A stretch of DNA of 64,000 bases from Paraspadella gotoi (Eukaryota > Animalia > Chaetognatha), in contig CM119268.1 in the NCBI GenBank assembly GCA_051294375.1, positions 5,254,496-5,318,495 on the forward strand, written 5' to 3'. This document shows, piece by piece, positions 14,482-27,699 of the stretch. The notes under the pieces are model-generated. The model worked only from the letters and a program-made list of their open reading frames with translations. It was not told the origin of the DNA and searched no databases. A program made the position numbers and the translations under genes. Numbering within the stretch: the first letter of the stretch is position 1; every line of letters begins with the position of its first letter.

Positions 14482-14592
14482 CTGATTGGTCGCTCGACAT
14501 CGTCCTCTGATTAGTCGCTTAGATCGATGTCTGATTGGTCGCTCTAGCTTGATATCTGATTGGTTCCGAAGTTGCCTCCGATGATGACGTCC
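14482..14592 (+). promoter_or_regulatory. Candidate Otx promoter: four phased inverted CCAAT-like boxes plus a CRE-like TGACGT
   Basis: ctgattgg at 14482, ctgattag at 14507, ctgattgg at 14531 and 14556 (24-25 bp period), TGACGTC at 14585; ~1.5 kb upstream of the acceptor at 16116. Confidence 0.5.
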
Positions 14593-15525
14593 TCAGCGCC
14601 GAACGATGAAGACGAGGAAGAGAACNNNNNNNNNNNNNNNNNNNNNNNNNNNNNNNNNNNNNNNNNNNNNNNNNNNNNNNNNNNNNNNNNNNNNNNNNNN
14701 NNNNNNNNNNNNNNNNNNNNNNNNNNNNNNNNNNNNNNNNNNNNNNNNNNNNNNGCAAGCTCGGCGATGATTTACGAGCAGAGAAAATGAAAAATCGTAA
14801 CGGAAAAAGATAAAGAGGAGGAAGAGGAAGAGAAGGAATTCTGTTTTCCGCCTTTCCGAACGACGACGACGACGATGACGACGACGACGACGATGACGAC
14901 GACGACGACGAAGATAACTTGCCACAATATTCTTCGCAAGGCCGTCGTCGTCGTCATCGTCGTCATTTCAGCGACGTCGACAAAAACTGACCAACTCTGA
15001 ATTCTGGCGACATTTTTCCCAACGGCCTTCAATCTGTCTTTCTCTCCGTCTCATTCTCTATCATACTCTCTATCGCTCTGTCTCTGTCGTGGACTCGTCA
15101 TTAAAAAAACGCGTTTTCAATAAAAAAAAATTATAAATTCGGATTTAATTTGAAAAAAAATCTGGATTTAATTTCTGTGGATTTAGATTTGTTTTTGACT
15201 CGAAATGCATCGAGGCGCTTAAAGGAAAACAAATCAACAAATCTGTCTCGCTCTCTATCTCGCTCTATGCCTTTCGGAATCGTCGAGTAACATCTCGTCT
15301 CGGTGAAACATAATCGAATTTACGATTATTAATCATAAAAAAATTTAAACTAAACTTGAAAAAAAAAAAAAACTTGAAAAAACTAACCCGCACGAAAAAC
15401 GAAGTTGGATTCTGTAACTTACTTATTCGTCGGCGGCAAAAGTAGGAAGAAAAGAAAAATCGCTCACTAAAAAAAAAAGCGAAAAACAGGTGTGTTGTCA
15501 GAAACGATCAAGAGCGGTGTCTCTG

Positions 15526-15581
<56 letters not shown>

Positions 15582-16116
15582 GTTCGAGAAAGAAAATTTA
15601 AGAAATACAAAAAAATTAAGTCTAAAAATGAACCGCGATACGAATTTTTTTTTTATTCTGCCTATCTTTCTTTTCTTTTCTTCTTTCCTACATGTCTTAC
15701 CTTTCTATTTTTTGTCTTTCTTTACTTTCTTTTTTTTTCATTCCTCTTTCACTATTTTTCTCTTTTTTTTTCTATTTGCGTTGAGAAGTAAAAAGAGAGA
15801 CTCAAACTGTTTGATTTGCATAATTTTTGGTTATGATCTTATAAAGAAAAGGAAAAGGAAATAAAGAGAGAGAGAGAGAAAGAGAGAGAGTGAGAGAGAT
15901 ATTTATTTCACATTCTGTTTTTCTCTATAGTTTTTTTTTCGTTTTTCCGGTTTTTACAGCAACAGCAACTAATCTATTTTGATTTTAACTCAAAATTAAC
16001 AAAATTTCTATTTCAAAGTTTCCTTTAAAAAGTTTAAAACACTGATTTAATGATTTAACTGACGTAATTTTAAATATATTTTAAATACAATTAATTTCTT
16101 TCCCCCGCCGCTGCAG

Positions 16117-16154
16117 CCCTCCTCCACCTTCCACCCTGGAACCGTCAACGCCCC

Positions 16155-16200
<46 letters not shown>

Positions 16201-16669
16201 CAACGCCGCGGATTTTATTTCTTCCTCGCCTTCGTCCTCTCACCTCCTTCCATCTTCGTCTCCCTCCGCCTCGGCTCATTTCTCCTCCCCTACTCCTCCT
16301 CCCTCCCTTCACTCTCATCATAATCTCTCCTCCTCTTCCTCCTCCACTCCTCCCACCGTCCTCCCTCACTCCTCCTACCTCCACCTCTCCTCCTCTTCCT
16401 CCTCCGCCTCGGCCGCCGCAGCGCACGCCGCTTCCGCCGCCCCTTTATCCTCTTCCTCTTCCTCCTCCTCCCTGGATCCGGATCAGACTGGGGGAGCCTT
16501 CGCCAGTTATCGCCTTCCTTACCTAAACAGCCCTTACCTTTCTACGGGGGCGGCCGCGCCAGCATCGGCGCTCGCCTCGCCCTACCTGGATCATCATCAT
16601 CATCATCACGCGGCAGCAGCCGCCGCCGCCGCCGCAGGCCCAGCCTTCACTTCATCCAATTCGCTGGAG
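16117..16669 (+). CDS. otx: Putative N-terminal extension of Otx (ATG-free, in frame with ATG 16670)
   Basis: Open from acceptor ctgcag|16117; manual translation PPPPSTLEPSTPP(A)14VNAADFISSSPSS...SYRLPYLNSPYLSTG...SPYLDHHHHHHAAAAAAAAAGPAFTSSNSLE-M. The upstream in-frame stop (16082) lies 5' of the acceptor. Confidence 0.6.
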
Positions 16670-16868
16670 ATGGCGCTGTACTCTTATTCATCCGGCGGAT
16701 ATCCGGCCGCCGCCGTATCTCACCCCACGTCATCCGGCACCATGGCCTATTTGCAGGCGGCCGGGAAGAGCCCGTCGCCTTACGGGCATCATCACGGGCA
16801 CCTTGGGGCCATGGCGGCTCATAACACCCTCGACATGATGCATCCAGCGATGGCTCCTTACCCAGGAG
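16670..16868 (+). CDS. otx: Otx coding exon 1 (from first ATG)
   Basis: MALYSY...MAYLQAAGKSPSPY...LDMMHPAMAPYPG resembles the Otx N-terminal M(A/S)YLK..PY and DLLHP..GYP motifs; donor G|gtaagt, phase 1, compatible with exon 2. Confidence 0.88.
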
Positions 16869-17487
16869 GTAAGTTTCAGCTTTTTTTATTTTTGGGGTTT
16901 TTTCACGTTTAAAATAAATGTGAACCTCATACCGATTTAAAAGATCCTTTGTAACAGAGGGAATTTTTATGCGCAAAACCTCTAAGGCACAATAAAAAGC
17001 TACAGGCATTGATCAAACTAAAGTATGCTTAAATTTTCCCCTTCGTGACGAATAAAAAATTAAAATGTTTTCATATTAAGTAATCAATTATTTTGACCTT
17101 TAAACTTTCCCTAGGAAAAATATAATTTCACCAATCCTCAATCATAAAGTAATATCAAAAATTCCCTTTAATAAGAAACGCTAGAATATGCAAATGAGGT
17201 TTGGGCCGCGAATCCGTTTCAACCCCGATTGTTCTTTCTCATGATCAGTTCCGCCTTCCGCGCAAACTTGTTTTCCTTTCAGTCCATTCAAAGTTTTTTT
17301 TTCTCTCTCTCTCTCTCTCCCTTTTTTTCACCCTTAATTTTCTCCCAATCGGGCATGATAGGGAGAGAGAGTGTGAGAGAGAATGAGACAGAATGAGAGA
17401 GAGAGAGAATTTTCACTCACGAGCTCGAAATCGTGAGGCAAAAAAAAGTTTTTGTGAGAACTTTTCTCACTCTGCGAGGGGACACCC

Positions 17488-17523
<36 letters not shown>

Positions 17524-18938
17524 NNNNNNNNNNNNNNNNNNNNNNNNNNNNNNNNNNNNNNNNNNNNNNNNNNNNNNNNNNNNNNNNNNNNNNNNNNNNN
17601 NNNNNNNNNNNNNNNNNNNNNNNNNNNNNNNNNNNNNNNNNNNNNNNNNNNNNNNNNNNNNNNCCTTGCGTTGTCGTGATATTTCACGATTCTCATTGAG
17701 AATGTTTTCTTGACGGTTTTTTTGTGTGCCGTCGTCGTCGTCGTCTTTTTCGTCGTCGTCGTCTTTGGTAAGGCACCCCGGGAATCCTCACCCTCTTTGG
17801 TCTCCTCGCCGTCGGCTTCTCGCGCCTTTCAACTTCCTTACCTTCCCCAGCCCTTACCTCCTCTCGCCTCGCTGNNNNNNNNNNNNNNNNNNNNNNNNNN
17901 NNNNNNNNNNNNNNNNNNNNNNNNNNNNNNNNNNNNNNNNNNNNNNNNNNNNNNNNNNNNNNNNNNNNNNNNNNNNNNNNNNNNNNNNNNNNNNNNNNNN
18001 NNNNNNNNNNNNNNNNNNNNNNNNNNNNNNNNNNNNNNNAGAGAGAGAGAGAGTTAAATACACGAGAGGGCTCACACATAGAACCCAATCACGGAATGAA
18101 TTTTTATATCTTAAGCAAGTTTTTTGTTATTTAATTTAAAGCTGTTTAGTGTACCAATAACATTTATATTCTAATCTGTTCTGTTTTGCTTCGCTTTAGA
18201 AGTTGTAGAATGTATAACATATTTACACATCATCCTTTTTCGATTGTTTTCATATAAATACCTTTAAAATATCCCTAGCCACCTGCGAAAGAGANNNNNN
18301 NNNNNNNNNNNNNNNNNNNNNNNNNNNNNNNNNNNNNNNNNNNNNNNNNNNNNNNNNNNNNNNNNNNNNNNNNNNNNNNNNNNNNNNNNNNNNNNNNNNN
18401 NNNNNNNNNNNNNNNNNNNNNNNNNNNNNNNNNNNNNNNNNNNNNNNNNNNNNNNNNNNNNNNNNNNNNNNNNNNNNNNNNNNNNNNNNNNNNNNNNNNN
18501 NNNNNNNNNNNNNGAGAGAGAGAGAGCTAGTGTGTGTGCGTGTGTACATATAAAATTTCTAAGACAGATTTTTTATAAAAAAAAACCAAGCGCTACTGAA
18601 CTTAACAAAGAACAAAGTTCTAAATTTCTTTTTTGTTGTTATTGTTATTGTTGATGTTTTTGTAATTGTTTAAAAAGGGGGGAGGTGGTCGCTTCCAGCG
18701 CCGCTGACGACGAATTCGATGAAATTTAAACAAAAGGGAAACTGAAAAAGTTCGCTAAGAGTAAACAAACCAAAGTCGTCAAGTCTTCGTCTTCGTCGTC
18801 GTCTTCGTCTTCCTTGTCGTCGTCGTCGTCCTCCTCCTCCTCCTCCTCTTCCTCCTCCTCAAATCGACCATCTCACTTCTCACCTTCGATTTGTTCCTTT
18901 GATTTGAGATAAGTTTGTTTTACTCACTTAACATTTTC

Positions 18939-18970
<32 letters not shown>

Positions 18971-21656
18971 NNNNNNNNNNNNNNNNNNNNNNNNNNNNNN
19001 NNNNNNNNNNNNNNNNNNNNNNNNNNNNNNNNNNNNNNNNNNNNNNNNNNNNNNNNNNNNNNNNNNNNNNNNNNNNNNNNNNNNNNNNNNNNNNNNNAAG
19101 ATTAAAAAAAATACATTTGGTGTAAAATGTGTTTGTTAAGGTTTGTTCATTTTCTTCGGAAGGGGAGATTGTGTAGGTATAACTTTACAAACAATAGGAG
19201 TAAGTTAAGATGTAATCAGTAAAGTGTAATCTATTAACAAATTATTTCACAAATTACGAAGGAATTAAAAAACAACCTAATTTTATTAAGCCAGAAGTCA
19301 AAACATTTACAGATTCTTGTGTCACAAAAAAAAAATCGTGAGATTTAATCAAAAACAAACGAAAATTTTGTCTCTAAGTCAAAATCTCGTTAGTTTGAGT
19401 TTAAAAAAAATAATAATCCAATAAAATGAAAAATAATGTTGTGAAATCGGTGGCCTGAATCTTGTGTTGGCCTTTTTGTCCGTATGATTGATTTAAATTT
19501 ACTAGACAAGAAATCATACCGTTTCTCTTTCTCTCTCNNNNNNNNNNNNNNNNNNNNNNNNNNNNNNNNNNNNNNNNNNNNNNNNNNNNNNNNNNNNNNN
19601 NNNNNNNNNNNNNNNNNNNNNNNNNNNNNNNNNNNNNNNNNNNNNNNNNNNNNNNNNNNNNNNNNNNNNNNNNNNNNNNNNNNNNNNNNNNNNNNNNNNN
19701 NNNNNNNNNNNNNNNNNNNNNNNNNNNNNNNNNNNNNNNNNNNNNNNNNNNNTCCCAGAAATGACGTCACTTCTGTCACTACTCACTAGTCACACTTTTG
19801 TGACGCATTGATTTCCCCCTTTCTCACATTTGAGAGAGAGNNNNNNNNNNNNNNNNNNNNNNNNNNNNNNNNNNNNNNNNNNNNNNNNNNNNNNNNNNNN
19901 NNNNNNNNNNNNNNNNNNNNNNNNNNNNNNNNNNNNNNNNNNNNNNNNNNNNNNNNNNNNNNNNNNNNNNNNNNNNNNNNNNNNNNNNNNNNNNNNNNNN
20001 NNNNNNNNNNNNNNNNNNNNNNNNNNNNNNNNACAAGGGTAAAAAAATGAAAAGAAAAAATATGTGTTGATTTCCGAATTTTAGTCGAAACAGAAACAAA
20101 ATTTGGTAAAAAATAAAATCGATTTTCTTCTGACTCAATTTTTNNNNNNNNNNNNNNNNNNNNNNNNNNNNNNNNNNNNNNNNNNNNNNNNNNNNNNNNN
20201 NGAAAGAGAAAGAGAAAGAAAAGAAAGAAAAAGAAAAGACAAAAAAATTACTCCGGTTATGAAATGAAGAAAGGAAAAAGCGTTTACTCATTCGCGCGGG
20301 TGTTTCCGCTATGGCCTTTCTCTTTCATCGTTGTCTTCGTCGTCGTCGTCGTCGTTTTCGTCGTCGTCGTCGTCGTTTTCGTCGCCTTCTTGTCCTCTGA
20401 ATCGGCGCAACGGAAATTCGATATCATTGATGGTCGAGAAAACGCGAAGACTNNNNNNNNNNNNNNTTGTTTTCCTTTGCAGAAGGTGTTGAAGTCGACC
20501 TGAAGGTTATTGTTCCACAACACGTTGCTGACTTTTTCTTCTTCAAATAAAAAAAAAGATTTTTTTTTCTTTCAGTCAAAAGGAAAACAATTTTCTCCTT
20601 TTTTTTTCTTTTTCTTTTTCACTTGTTTAATTTACTTTTTTTCTTTTGTCGCTTAATTTTAGTCATTGAAACATAGACGTGTTGCTTACTAACTCATGCC
20701 AAATAAGAGAAGATCAGTGAGCAATTTAGCATTATAGCAAGTAATTTTTTTATCACTTTTATGTTCATCTTTTTTATTTTTATTTTTCTACTTTATTTTA
20801 TAACATTAAATTTTACTTTTTATTTTTTCTTTTCATTTTCTTTTTTTTTTTTTTTTTGTATAATTTTGTTTTCGAACAAAGATTGCTTCGAGCAATCAAT
20901 CCAACAATTACAGATCAGTCTCATGTCACAAGCAATAACCGGACTAAGACAAAACAGTCAAGAAAATGTAAATACATTTTCACAAAGATAACTGGGAATC
21001 ATTTCAAAAAATTCCTGGAACATAAACCCAAGAAAAACCTTACATCGAGTGGCATTTCTATCATTTGTCTACTGGTATTGCTAGTTAAAACCGCCACTGG
21101 ACAAAACTTCCCCCTTTGGTCCAAAAAGTTCTCTTTGTGAATAAGTGACATTGAAAAATCAATAAGAAAAAAATAATTGTCTACTTATTCTTTTGTAGAA
21201 ACCGAAAAGACAAAAAAATACANNNNNNNNNNNNNNNNNNNNNNNNNNNNNNNNNNNNNNNNNNNNNNNNNNNNNNNNNNNNNNNNNNNNNNNNNNNNNN
21301 NNNNNNNNNNNNNNNNNNNNNNNNNNNNNNNNNNNNNNNNNNNNNNNNNNNNNNNNNNNNNNNNNNNNNNNNNNNNNNNNNNNNNNNNNNNNNNNNNNNN
21401 NNNNNNNNNNNNNNNNNNNNNNNNNNNNNNNNNNNNNNNNNNNNNNNNNNNNNNNNNNNNNNNNNNNNNNNNNNNNNNNNNNNNNNNAGAGAGAGAGAGG
21501 AAATGAGTTGAAAATCGTTTGCGGCTCGTACTCTAACCAAATCCCCGCCTTCATTCCTACCCACATGAAAAAAAAGAGGGAAATATTCATCAAACGGCGT
21601 TAAGAACTTTTTTTTCTTTAAAAGTTCGCTCCCCCCCAACTCTTTCCAGTACCCGT

Positions 21657-21780
21657 CCAATCAGCGTCGAGGGCGGGGCGGCTCGACCAATCGCTGCTTG
21701 GGACAAAGGACGAAGCCGACCAATCACGGCTCGAGTTTCCGTCTAATTCGACCAATGGGCGGCGACCGACGCCGGCGGCG
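21657..21780 (+). promoter_or_regulatory. Intronic promoter-like element: four CCAAT boxes and a GC box
   Basis: CCAAT at 21657, 21687, 21720, 21752 (spacing 30/33/32); GGGCGGGGCGG at 21671; CpG-rich. Confidence 0.55.
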
Positions 21781-23128
21781 AGAGAGTTTCACTCTTTCGG
21801 TTGTTGGGTTGTCACCTTACGTGACCGATCGATTTCGAGGATGTGACGAAGGGGGACCCTAAGGGGGGGAGGGAGGAAGGAGAGCGGGTAACTGGGTCTC
21901 TCACTCTCTCACTCACTCTCTCTCTCTTTGAAAGCGGAGAGAAAAAGCGAAGGCGGCTTTTTTGTAGTTGGAATCGTAGTTTTTATCGTCGTCGTCGTCG
22001 TCGTATTTGTTGTCGTGATTGTACACAAAGAAAAGGGAAATGTTTTCGAGTCGTTCTTCCTTTATTTTTTTCGTTTTCTTTTGGTTTTTTACGAAGTTAT
22101 ACTTTAAATTGGTACAACCAATACAAACGTTTTTCAAGCAGTTTTTCCCCCTGATTTTGGACTGGTTATGGTGGTTCAGGGCCTCCATACTTCTAACAAG
22201 ATAATAAAAGAGCAGGACCCTTCAAGATTTCGATCAAGACTCTCGCATAGTCTCATTCATTCTCTCCCAGAGCACTTGGCTTTCCCTTACATCCACCTTT
22301 CACGATATAGCAGGGACTTCAATTATTTAAAATGAACCACAAGTCTGCTATAAATAAAGCGAAGTTATATTTTTTTACTGTTTTTACTGTATATAAAAGG
22401 ACCATGAATAAATACTTAAAGTAAATCCCAAAAAATCACTTTCTCCTCTTGTCACATTGAATTTTGTCTCGAAGACCAAAAGTTTAAATAAACAGACGAA
22501 AATCTGAGGCGAAATTCCGAAGGCGAAGGAAAACACACTGTGCCGTCGATGTCACTCGGAGGGAAAAATAGAGAAGTGGACAAGAGAGGAAGAGAGAAAA
22601 AGAGAGGAGAAAGGAAAATAGAGAGGTTGATTGGGAAGGTAAATAGAAGAGAGACGTAAAAAAAAAGTGAAATTGGGTTCAAGGATGTGAAAAGGGACTA
22701 AAGACAATAGACCATTGTCCTTTGACGAATCACGTGACTTGAAATCACAAAAATGAACCAAGAAAATTGTGAATTAGAGAAAAAGAAATAGGAGGAAAAA
22801 AATTACCTTTGAAAATTTTTGGCAAATTAAGTCAAACTCGATTTGGGATCTAAACTCTTTCAAAATGTTTCCCGGTTTCAAAGATGACTAATTAGAAAGA
22901 AAAATTCTTTCTCTCTCTTTCTCTCTCTCTCTCTCTCTNNNNNNNNNNNNNNNNNNNNNNNNNNNNNNNNNNNNNNNNNNNNNNNNNNNNNNNNNNNNNN
23001 NNNNNNNNNNNNNNNNNNNNNNNNNNNNNNNNNNNNNNNNNNNNNNNNNNNNNNNNNNNNNNNNNNNNNNNNNNNNNNNNNNNNNNNNNNNNNNNNNNNN
23101 NNNNNNNNNNNNNNNNNNNNNNNNNNNN

Positions 23129-23163
<35 letters not shown>

Positions 23164-24098
23164 TGAGACAAATTTCCAATTCATTCATTCATTCATTTTA
23201 CGAATGGAGGAATGAATTCTCGTAATTGACTAATTTTGTTTTTTTTTCGGTGACAGTGAAATGTCGTCGTCGTCGTCGTCGTTGTCTTACTTTATAATTT
23301 TTGTGTGTCCCTACTAACACTCATGTGATTGTGAATTGCTCTCCAGCGAATGAACTTTCTAATAGCTATTTTTCACAGCTAATAAGTAAGCGGAATATCA
23401 CACCGCGCGCATCCAAGTGCGCAATGCAATGCAACGCAATGCACAGTGCACAGTGTGCAAATTCAATCTGCTCAGTCTTGCGCGTGTGCAACTTGGTTTG
23501 TTTTACCACCGACTCTCCTCTGTTTTGAAATTTACTTTGAACAATTTTCGTTTGGTCGTCGTCGTCGTCATCGTCGCTTCCTCTGTCCGGGGGAGTTCTT
23601 TCCACCCCTCAGCCCTCAGCTGTTAAAATAACTCGTGTATCACCTGGGNNNNNNNNNNNNNNNNNNNNNNNNNNNNNNNNNNNNNNNNNNNNNNNNNNNN
23701 NNNNNNNNNNNNNNNNNNNNNNNNNNNNNNNNNNNNNNNNNNNNNNGCAATAAGCTTCTCCAAAAAAATGAACGGAAAAAAATGTCAAAACAAAACAACA
23801 AAAACGAAAAAGAAAAAAATGATAATTTAATTTAAAATAATAAGTCTGTTTGAGAAAGCGGTTGGCTCGCTTTATTCTTTTGACAGAGAGAGAGAGACAA
23901 TATCTAAAAACTATGAATTAACACATTTTTAAAAGTTTTTAATTTTTCGATTCTCGTTCTGAATAAATTTTCTCTCGTCCTTCGATAAAGACATCGACCG
24001 ACATCGAATGGCATTTGATTTAATGGCAACAGAGAGGATAGCCCTCTCTCATATTGATTGAGTAAGAAGAGAGAGAGAGAGAGAGAGAGAGAAGAGAG

Positions 24099-24186
<88 letters not shown>

Positions 24187-25309
24187 AGGCAAACAAAAAC
24201 GCGTCTTTTTGATTCACCTTCTTTTTTTTTCCCACTACCGATTTTCAAAAGAACCAACGACTTATAAAACCAAAAGAAAGCAGCTGCTATTTTTGTTTTT
24301 TATTTCTGAACGTCGCGTCGTCGTCCGTCGTCGTCTTCTCTTTCTCTTTTAATATTTTTCTTTCTTTTCATTGAGAAGAAAGAAACTTTTTTAAAAGCGA
24401 ACCTGGTTTATAGGTACAAAAAAAATATTTTGAATAAAATATTATAACTAATCTATAAAATGTACTTTTTAATCCTAATTAGAATTTTATTTTTTTTCTC
24501 AAAATTCGAAAGTTCTTTGATTAAAGTTCTTTCAAGCTTCCATCTGGCGTCAATCTTTTGTTTCTTTTCTTCACTTAATTTTTTAAAAAAATATTCAGGT
24601 TAATTGTTTTTTTCTTAAATTGGCACTGCAACAACAAACGAATTTATGTGTTTATTTTCTGTAAATATTTTCGATCAGCTTTGTGTGTCGTCGTCACTTT
24701 CGTCGTCATCTTTGTCATTTCGCCATCTTTCGCCATCACCTTTTGTCATCAGCTTCGTCATTATCTTCGCCTCGTCACATTCTTTGTCATCACTTGTCGT
24801 CATTTTCGTCGTCATCCTTGTCGTCATCTTCGTCATCGCCTCGTCGTCATCCTCTTGAAGTAGGAAAGAAGTGATGGGGAATGCGCGGAGCCCCAGGCAA
24901 CGGATTAGCGGTAAAAGGAAATGGCGGGCAAAATGGGAGGAGGAGGAGGAGAGGCCACGGAGGATGGAGGGAGGAGGAGGAGGGCGAGAAAAGCGAGGAG
25001 AGGAAAAGGACAAAAAGCAAAACGGGAGAAAAGTTGAAGTATGGGTATGCGAGAACGAGAAGAAAAGAAAGAGAGAGAAGAAAAGAAAAGAAAGAAAAGG
25101 AGAGAAAAGAAAGAAAAAAGAAAAAAAGGCTCAGAATTGAATATCTCGCTCGCACTCTCAAACCCTTGAAGTAATGGACTTTTTGGAGTAATGGATGCGA
25201 TGGCCACTTTTTAAATCTCTCTCTCTCTCTCTCTTCTCTCTCTCCTCTCTCTCTCTCTCCTCTCTCTCTCTCTTCTCTCCTCTCATCTGCTATATACCTT
25301 TGTCTCTCT

Positions 25310-25360
<51 letters not shown>

Positions 25361-25689
25361 TCACTAATTAATATACCTTTTTCTCTCTCTCTCTGTCTCA
25401 TTATTTCCTATTTTCTTCTTTTTTCTCTCCCCTTTTCCTTCCATTTATTTCTGTCCCACAAATTTATTGTTCTGTTGATGTGTAATGAGAGAGAAAGAGA
25501 ATAAAAAAAAAGATAAAGAAAAAGAAAACCCGGTATTATTCCAAAGGCGATACGATTCTTTATATATCATTCCGATCCTCATTCATTAGTTTGTTAAAAA
25601 CTTTGTTTCGTTCGTTCGGTTCGTGATTCGGTGAAAGCTTTATTTTTCAAATTCTCTCTTTCTTAAACAATTTATTAACTAATTATTAA

Positions 25690-25721
<32 letters not shown>

Positions 25722-26233
25722 AGCTCATTATTAACTCAACCCATCTTTCCCTCATCAACCCGACCAATAATAAAACTCTTCTCTTTCCCGCTTGACTGAG
25801 AATTATTTCCCTTCATACTTCACCCAAGACTTTAACGTCCCCCCGTCTTACCCCCTTCTTACCCCCTACTCTACCCCCCTGCCACGCCGCCACTGCTGCG
25901 AGGTCAACACCCCTTATCTAAATCTCATTTCCCCTTACACCTCCCTCCATCCCCCATCGCCCAATAATTGATTGGCCTCATTTTGATTCCTTTCCTACCA
26001 TCTGCTTCCGGAGGCCTTCGTGGTTGTACTTCCCATATTCCTCTTCTTCTTCCTCCCTCTCCTCTCCCTCTCTCTCTCTCTCTCTCCCTCTCTCCCTCTC
26101 CCTCTTCCCTCGTTCCTCGCTCCGTCGGACGTATTTTGTGAAGCGTTCAAATCCAAATTGGGTTTTGCATTGGTTCGGTCAGATAGAACGGAGACGATTG
26201 CGCGAGCGTCTCTCTCTTTCCTCTCTCTCTCTG

Positions 26234-26294
<61 letters not shown>

Positions 26295-27058
26295 ACCGCA
26301 GCTTGCACACCAACTCCTTAATTATAAACCGAAAAACCACAANNNNNNNNNNNNNNNNNNNNNNNNNAAAGAAAAGAAAATTCAAGATAAAAAATTTCGG
26401 ATCGATAATATTCTTGTTTGCTGACGACGACAACGAAGACGACGACGAAAGAGGACGAAGACGACGAAACTACTATGATATCGATGAGGACGGAGAAGAC
26501 AACAACAACAATTGCTTGCCACGACATGAAAGAACATCCATATGTCGTATCAAAAAAAAATCGATGCAAACAGGCAAGCAATGACTCCAAGGAAACCAAG
26601 CAAAATCAAGCAATGACTCCAAGGAAACCGAGCAGAATGTCAACAAACGCGACAACCGAATTGAGGTTGTTGTTGTTGTTGTTGTTGTTGTCATGGATGT
26701 TGCATCGACGGGTTGAAGTGTTGAATTGTTCTTTTCTTTTCTGTTCCTTTTTATCCGCTGACCCAAATTGCTTCTTTCTGTGCGGATGGATGTAAAACAT
26801 TTAATGTTCACGTTCTTCATAAATGACCATTAGAATTTTCATACGTGACTTTCACTACGCTCTAATGTATATAATACAATGAACCTAATTTATCACCCCA
26901 TGACGATGCAATTTAGTGACATAAACCTATGTTTTCTTGAATTGATTTAAATTAAAAAATAAATCTATTTTTTGTCCTTCGCTACTTTTTCCCTGTCTAT
27001 CCAAAAAGGTAAAAACAATTTTACTCGCTATAAAGTAATCTGTAGGTAAACATTTAAA

Positions 27059-27095
<37 letters not shown>

Positions 27096-27699
27096 CTCCT
27101 CCTCTCTCTCTCCTCTCTCTCTTTCTCTCTCCTCTCCTCTCTCGTCCTGGCTACGACCCTTTACTGGGACTGGAGATTGAGATTGAAGGCATTGCGACAC
27201 AGATTAAAGACTGCCGATCCTTACTTCCCGGCGCAGAATATTTGATGATTGTTCAAGTTATTTCTGTTTTATGCCTGAGCGTTATATCCTTTTTCGAAAA
27301 TATTGGATGGTTTAAAAAAATAAGCGCTGTGACATGTGGGTTCAGTACCACACGGAGATAAAAAGATGGCGAGTGAGGGATTTTGTAAGTAGACAATGTT
27401 TTGAAATCAGGCCGAAAAAGCGAAATGAGAAGAAAGAGAGACAAGAAGACAGATCCGTAAAGGAGATTTAAAAGTGGCCATCGCATCCATTACCTCCAAA
27501 AAGTCCATTACTTCAAGGGTTTGAGAGTGCGAAGCGAGAATTCAATTCTGAGCCTTTTTTTCAGCATTTGACCCGCAGCAAGGCGGTACGTGGCTTCTCT
27601 CGTTCATTCTTCTCGCATACGTGCCTCTCGTCTAACTCGATTTCTCGTACCTCGTAACTCTCCTCTCTGCTCTGTCTCTCTTCTCTTCTCTGCTAGACT

